In this document: positions 61,251-64,000 of the stretch, piece by piece
Numbering within the stretch: the first letter of the stretch is position 1
Layout: every line of letters starts with the position of its first letter
NCBI GenBank assembly: GCA_011364905.1
Contig: RDNZ01000006.1
Coordinates: 1-64,000 of the forward strand
Reading direction: 5' to 3'
Source: Candidatus Thorarchaeota archaeon
GTDB lineage: Archaea; Asgardarchaeota; Thorarchaeia; Thorarchaeales; Thorarchaeaceae
Length of the DNA: 64,000 nt
The notes under the pieces: generated by a model
Told to the model about the DNA's origin: nothing
The model's database searches: none
Seen by the model: the letters and a program-made list of their open reading frames with translations, nothing else
Program-made: the position numbers and the translations under genes

Positions 61251-61952
61251 TTACAAGAGGTAGAACCGAAACCCGAATAGCTGAATAAAGAGTAGCAGAC
61301 CGATGAAAGCAAGAACTATCCCAACAATGAGTTCGATTTTCCGAGCTTGCTGAGAGATTGTTGATGCCATTCGCATCCTAGCCTCACCCGTCACTGCTGC
61401 AATCAGGAAATACGGAATCGAAATTGCGATTGATAGGACTAAGAAAAGGAGAGCAATGATGAGGAAGTCGCTCTCCGCTCCAAAAAGAGCAATCGTACCA
61501 AGAATAGCGGGACCTGAACAAGGAGCTGCCAACAACGAATACCCTAGTCCAACTAGGAAAACACTCAGGAGGTTGGTTGGAGCTGTTGGTTGCGATCGAA
61601 GATTTAGTGAGGTGAATCCAAGTTTCTCTTGCAGGGTAGTAGAAATCATTACAAAACCGAGAAAGAGAATTATGAGCCCCATTATGGCTTGAAACTCGAT
61701 ATAATACTCAATTAGAAAGCTACCGATAAAGCCAGCAATCAGAACGAAGAATCCAACAGAACTCAGAATGCCTAAAACAAGGACCGCAGTGACCAGCGCG
61801 CTTCTGCCTCGACTATCAGCTGATTGAAGACTATTTATCAAAAACAATGGAAGAAGAGGAAACAGACATGGGGATACTGCAATATACAAACCAGCTCCAA
61901 AGACTCCAGTTAGTTTTGCCAAAAGGAGTCCAAGTTCAACGAAACCCTGCAC
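61251..61952 (-). CDS. ccdA: CcdA/DsbD-like transmembrane thiol-disulfide transporter
   Basis: SPCLFPLLP and APCSGP motifs. Confidence 0.85.
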   Translation of the reverse strand: MQGFVELGLLLAKLTGVFGAGLYIAVSPCLFPLLPLFLINSLQSADSRGRSALVTAVLVLGILSSVGFFVLIAGFIGSFLIEYYIEFQAIMGLIILFLGFVMISTTLQEKLGFTSLNLRSQPTAPTNLLSVFLVGLGYSLLAAPCSGPAILGTIALFGAESDFLIIALLFLVLSIAISIPYFLIAAVTGEARMRMASTISQQARKIELIVGIVLAFIGLLLFIQLFGFRFYLL

Positions 61953-61967
61953 TCCATTAGTCTCCTT

Positions 61968-62552
61968 CTAAAGAATTGATGTCACCCTTGTGGATATGCT
62001 CGCATCTGACCACAAACCAACATGGAAGTACCTGAAGATTCCATTGCTATCAATCAGAACCATTGATGGAATTGATGTGATAACGAAGTAGTTCATGAAC
62101 TGCGTATCATCCACACCGTGTGCCCATGATAGACCTCGTGAAGATTTGTAAAGGGCCATCATAGAGGGCGATTCAGATGTATCAACAGTGAGCGAAACTA
62201 CAACTACTGTCCCAGCCATATCGTCGGCTATTGTCTGAAGATATCCATTCTCCGTGGAACATGTTGAGCACCAAGTAGCCATAAGGTCCACAAGAACGAC
62301 TTGCCCTCTCAGACTACTTAATGAGAGTGTAGAATTGTCAGACATCTCAAACTCCCAGTTACTCGGAACTTCTAGTCCAAGCTCCAATAGGTCTCTGTCT
62401 GTGGTGGTTTTTGTTAGCGGACTAGCTTCAGGGAATGTGAGAAATGATGCGCCAACAACTATTCCAACAACAACAATCACCATGGTTGCTCCAACAAGTG
62501 CAAGTTTCCCAGATTCCATAGTAGATGGCCCTCTCACAATAGGGTATATCAT
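61968..62552 (-). CDS. Membrane-anchored TlpA/ResA-like thioredoxin
   Basis: ATWCSTC and SIP..VLID..G motifs; start probably at 62519. Confidence 0.9.
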   Translation of the reverse strand: MIYPIVRGPSTMESGKLALVGATMVIVVVGIVVGASFLTFPEASPLTKTTTDRDLLELGLEVPSNWEFEMSDNSTLSLSSLRGQVVLVDLMATWCSTCSTENGYLQTIADDMAGTVVVVSLTVDTSESPSMMALYKSSRGLSWAHGVDDTQFMNYFVITSIPSMVLIDSNGIFRYFHVGLWSDASISTRVTSIL

Positions 62553-63096
62553 GTTTGGTCTTCAGGCAACTTAAATCAGTTGTGTAAGTAGCATGCACAA
62601 CCGAAGGGATCTCCCAAGGGATCTACAACTCTTTCCTATTAGTTCTCTGTTTCTTGATTATGCTACCACACCAGGAGCGGATAATGTAGGTCCATGGAAT
62701 TTTCATTTTGTAGTTTGGATAATATCGGTTCAAACGACTGATTCCACTAAATTTCCTGCGTGGACGGATGACTGCAAGGCTCGCATAGCTAAGACCCCTG
62801 ACGACGTCACTAGACGAAGGTTCGGTCGTCCAGCATGAAAGATTCGACTGACTTCTACACCAGTTTCCAGTCATGCAATGAGCTGCTACAGACCTGCCTC
62901 TATTCGTACATTCGCAATACAGTATTCCTGCAAATTCGATTAAATCACTGCAATAGTAGCAATTCAGGCAGGTTTTCGTAAGACTCCCTCCGTTTCAAGT
63001 TTATTGGGACACAACTTCATATAGATTTCGAACATGATGAAATTCAAACACACATCAAGAAAAAACTGCGACGTCGCTTTTAGGATTAAATGATCA

Positions 63097-63300
63097 CTAT
63101 GCTTCTTGAGTATCTTCTTTCTGCATCTCTTCAATCTTCTCATCAATATGTTTGATGTGATCCTCAAGTCTTGATTTAAAGGCCTCTAGACTCTTGATTT
63201 TAGTTTCCTTGCTTTGTTCGAATGGTGCGCATCCCATTGAGTACATGAAAGGACCCATGAAGTAGCCAAGATTTCCATGACCTCTGTGTTCTCTACACAA
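63097..63300 (-). CDS. Small coiled-coil protein (DUF5320-like)
   Basis: Gly/His/Cys-containing head plus heptad tail; starts 3 bp after the PadR stop. Confidence 0.55.
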   Translation of the reverse strand: MCREHRGHGNLGYFMGPFMYSMGCAPFEQSKETKIKSLEAFKSRLEDHIKHIDEKIEEMQKEDTQEA

Positions 63301-63303
63301 CTC

Positions 63304-63882
63304 CTATTTCTCACCTCCATCCTCGCTATTGGAGCTCTTCATATCACTCAGTTGTTTGTTGACCCAATTGAGTTCATGCTGCAGGTAAGAACGATACTGT
63401 TTTAGGAACTCGAGGTGTTTCTGAGAGCAACTGCCAGTTTCGCATCTGGCCTTCATGGCTGCAAATCCAATTGGGCTACGTTCACGAACGGTCCAGTCCA
63501 ATAGAGGCGCAGCCGCCCTCTCACCAGCCTGACTCACAAGAAAACGCCAGATTTTTCCCTGAGCGCCCCACTCAACATCGAGGTTTTGTAGAGCAGCGGA
63601 AAGCACTTGTTTTCCCTTTTGGGTCAGTTGATATTCAACAGTGTCCGGCCCTTCTTCTTGAAGGACATGAGTGCCTTGGATCAACTCCTTTTCGACCAGT
63701 CGATGAAGCGCAGGATAGATAGTCCCGCTCTTTACCCTCCTTGGCCCAAGGCGTTCTCCAAGTTTCTGGATTACGATGTATCCATGAGCTGGATTGTTCT
63801 TTAGAATTGCGAGAATGAGCAGTTCAACTGGACTGAGTCTTGTCCCTTGAGATGTGTGCCTGCTCATACCATGGAAAGCCAT
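63304..63882 (-). CDS. PadR family transcriptional regulator
   Basis: HGY, SGTIYPALHRL and YQLTQKG motifs. Confidence 0.9.
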   Translation of the reverse strand: MAFHGMSRHTSQGTRLSPVELLILAILKNNPAHGYIVIQKLGERLGPRRVKSGTIYPALHRLVEKELIQGTHVLQEEGPDTVEYQLTQKGKQVLSAALQNLDVEWGAQGKIWRFLVSQAGERAAAPLLDWTVRERSPIGFAAMKARCETGSCSQKHLEFLKQYRSYLQHELNWVNKQLSDMKSSNSEDGGEK

Positions 63883-63936
63883 ATGTAGACACCAACTTAT
63901 GTAGAGCTCTACTTATGCTATGTAGACATCTACATA
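63882..63936. promoter_or_regulatory. Three tandem PadR-type operators
   Basis: TATGTAGACACCAACTTA, TATGTAGAGCTCTACTTA and TATGTAGACATCTACATA (ATGT-N8-ACAT). Confidence 0.8.
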
Positions 63937-64000
63937 TAAGTCTTGAGCAATGTTGTGAGTATTATAGACGTGCCATTGACATTGGGATCGGCCACGACAA

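Noticed and set aside
62761-62832. tRNA-like or SECIS-like element (TGGACGG...TCGTCCA, GGTTCG, ATGA...TGA)
   Set aside because: No room for a T-arm, no D or anticodon arms, no SECIS helix 2, and no in-frame UGA gene nearby.
1-64000. Selenocysteine read-through, transposases, rRNA and tRNA genes
   Set aside because: The TGA stops I examined fall at natural protein ends, and no such elements were recognised by eye; the scan was not exhaustive.

Overview
Gene-dense archaeal chromosomal DNA, most likely from an Asgard archaeon of the Thorarchaeota type. This is inferred from a stand-alone gelsolin-domain gene, a DUF106/EMC3-TMCO1 insertase, geranylgeranyl reductase, cofE, KaiC-like ATPases and many C-terminally anchored surface proteins. 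About 60 CDS are present, mostly peptide, amino-acid and nucleobase scavenging enzymes, transporters and surface proteins. I found no rRNA, tRNA, CRISPR array, transposase or integrase. Main points of interest: (1) a kinase-less signalling island at 18.3-24.4 kb with three KaiC/RecA-family proteins, three stand-alone receivers and a TPR protein with a Cx10Cx10Cx10C tail; (2) an unnamed domain fused to HEAT repeats in one gene (28.9-30.3 kb) and encoded separately beside a HEAT + MCM-like winged-helix gene in another (34.1-36.5 kb); (3) GC-rich intergenic hairpin elements whose G-U pairs favour the + strand (27.0, 28.8, 31.9 kb), candidate novel ncRNAs; (4) two translationally coupled membrane proteins sharing a Zn-ribbon + B-box module, divergent from a CYSTM-like microprotein; (5) a circularly permuted family-5 solute-binding protein, an acyl-CoA dehydrogenase homologue lacking both catalytic Glu positions, and a triple PadR operator. 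All calls come from motif recognition by eye; no searches or folding programs were run.
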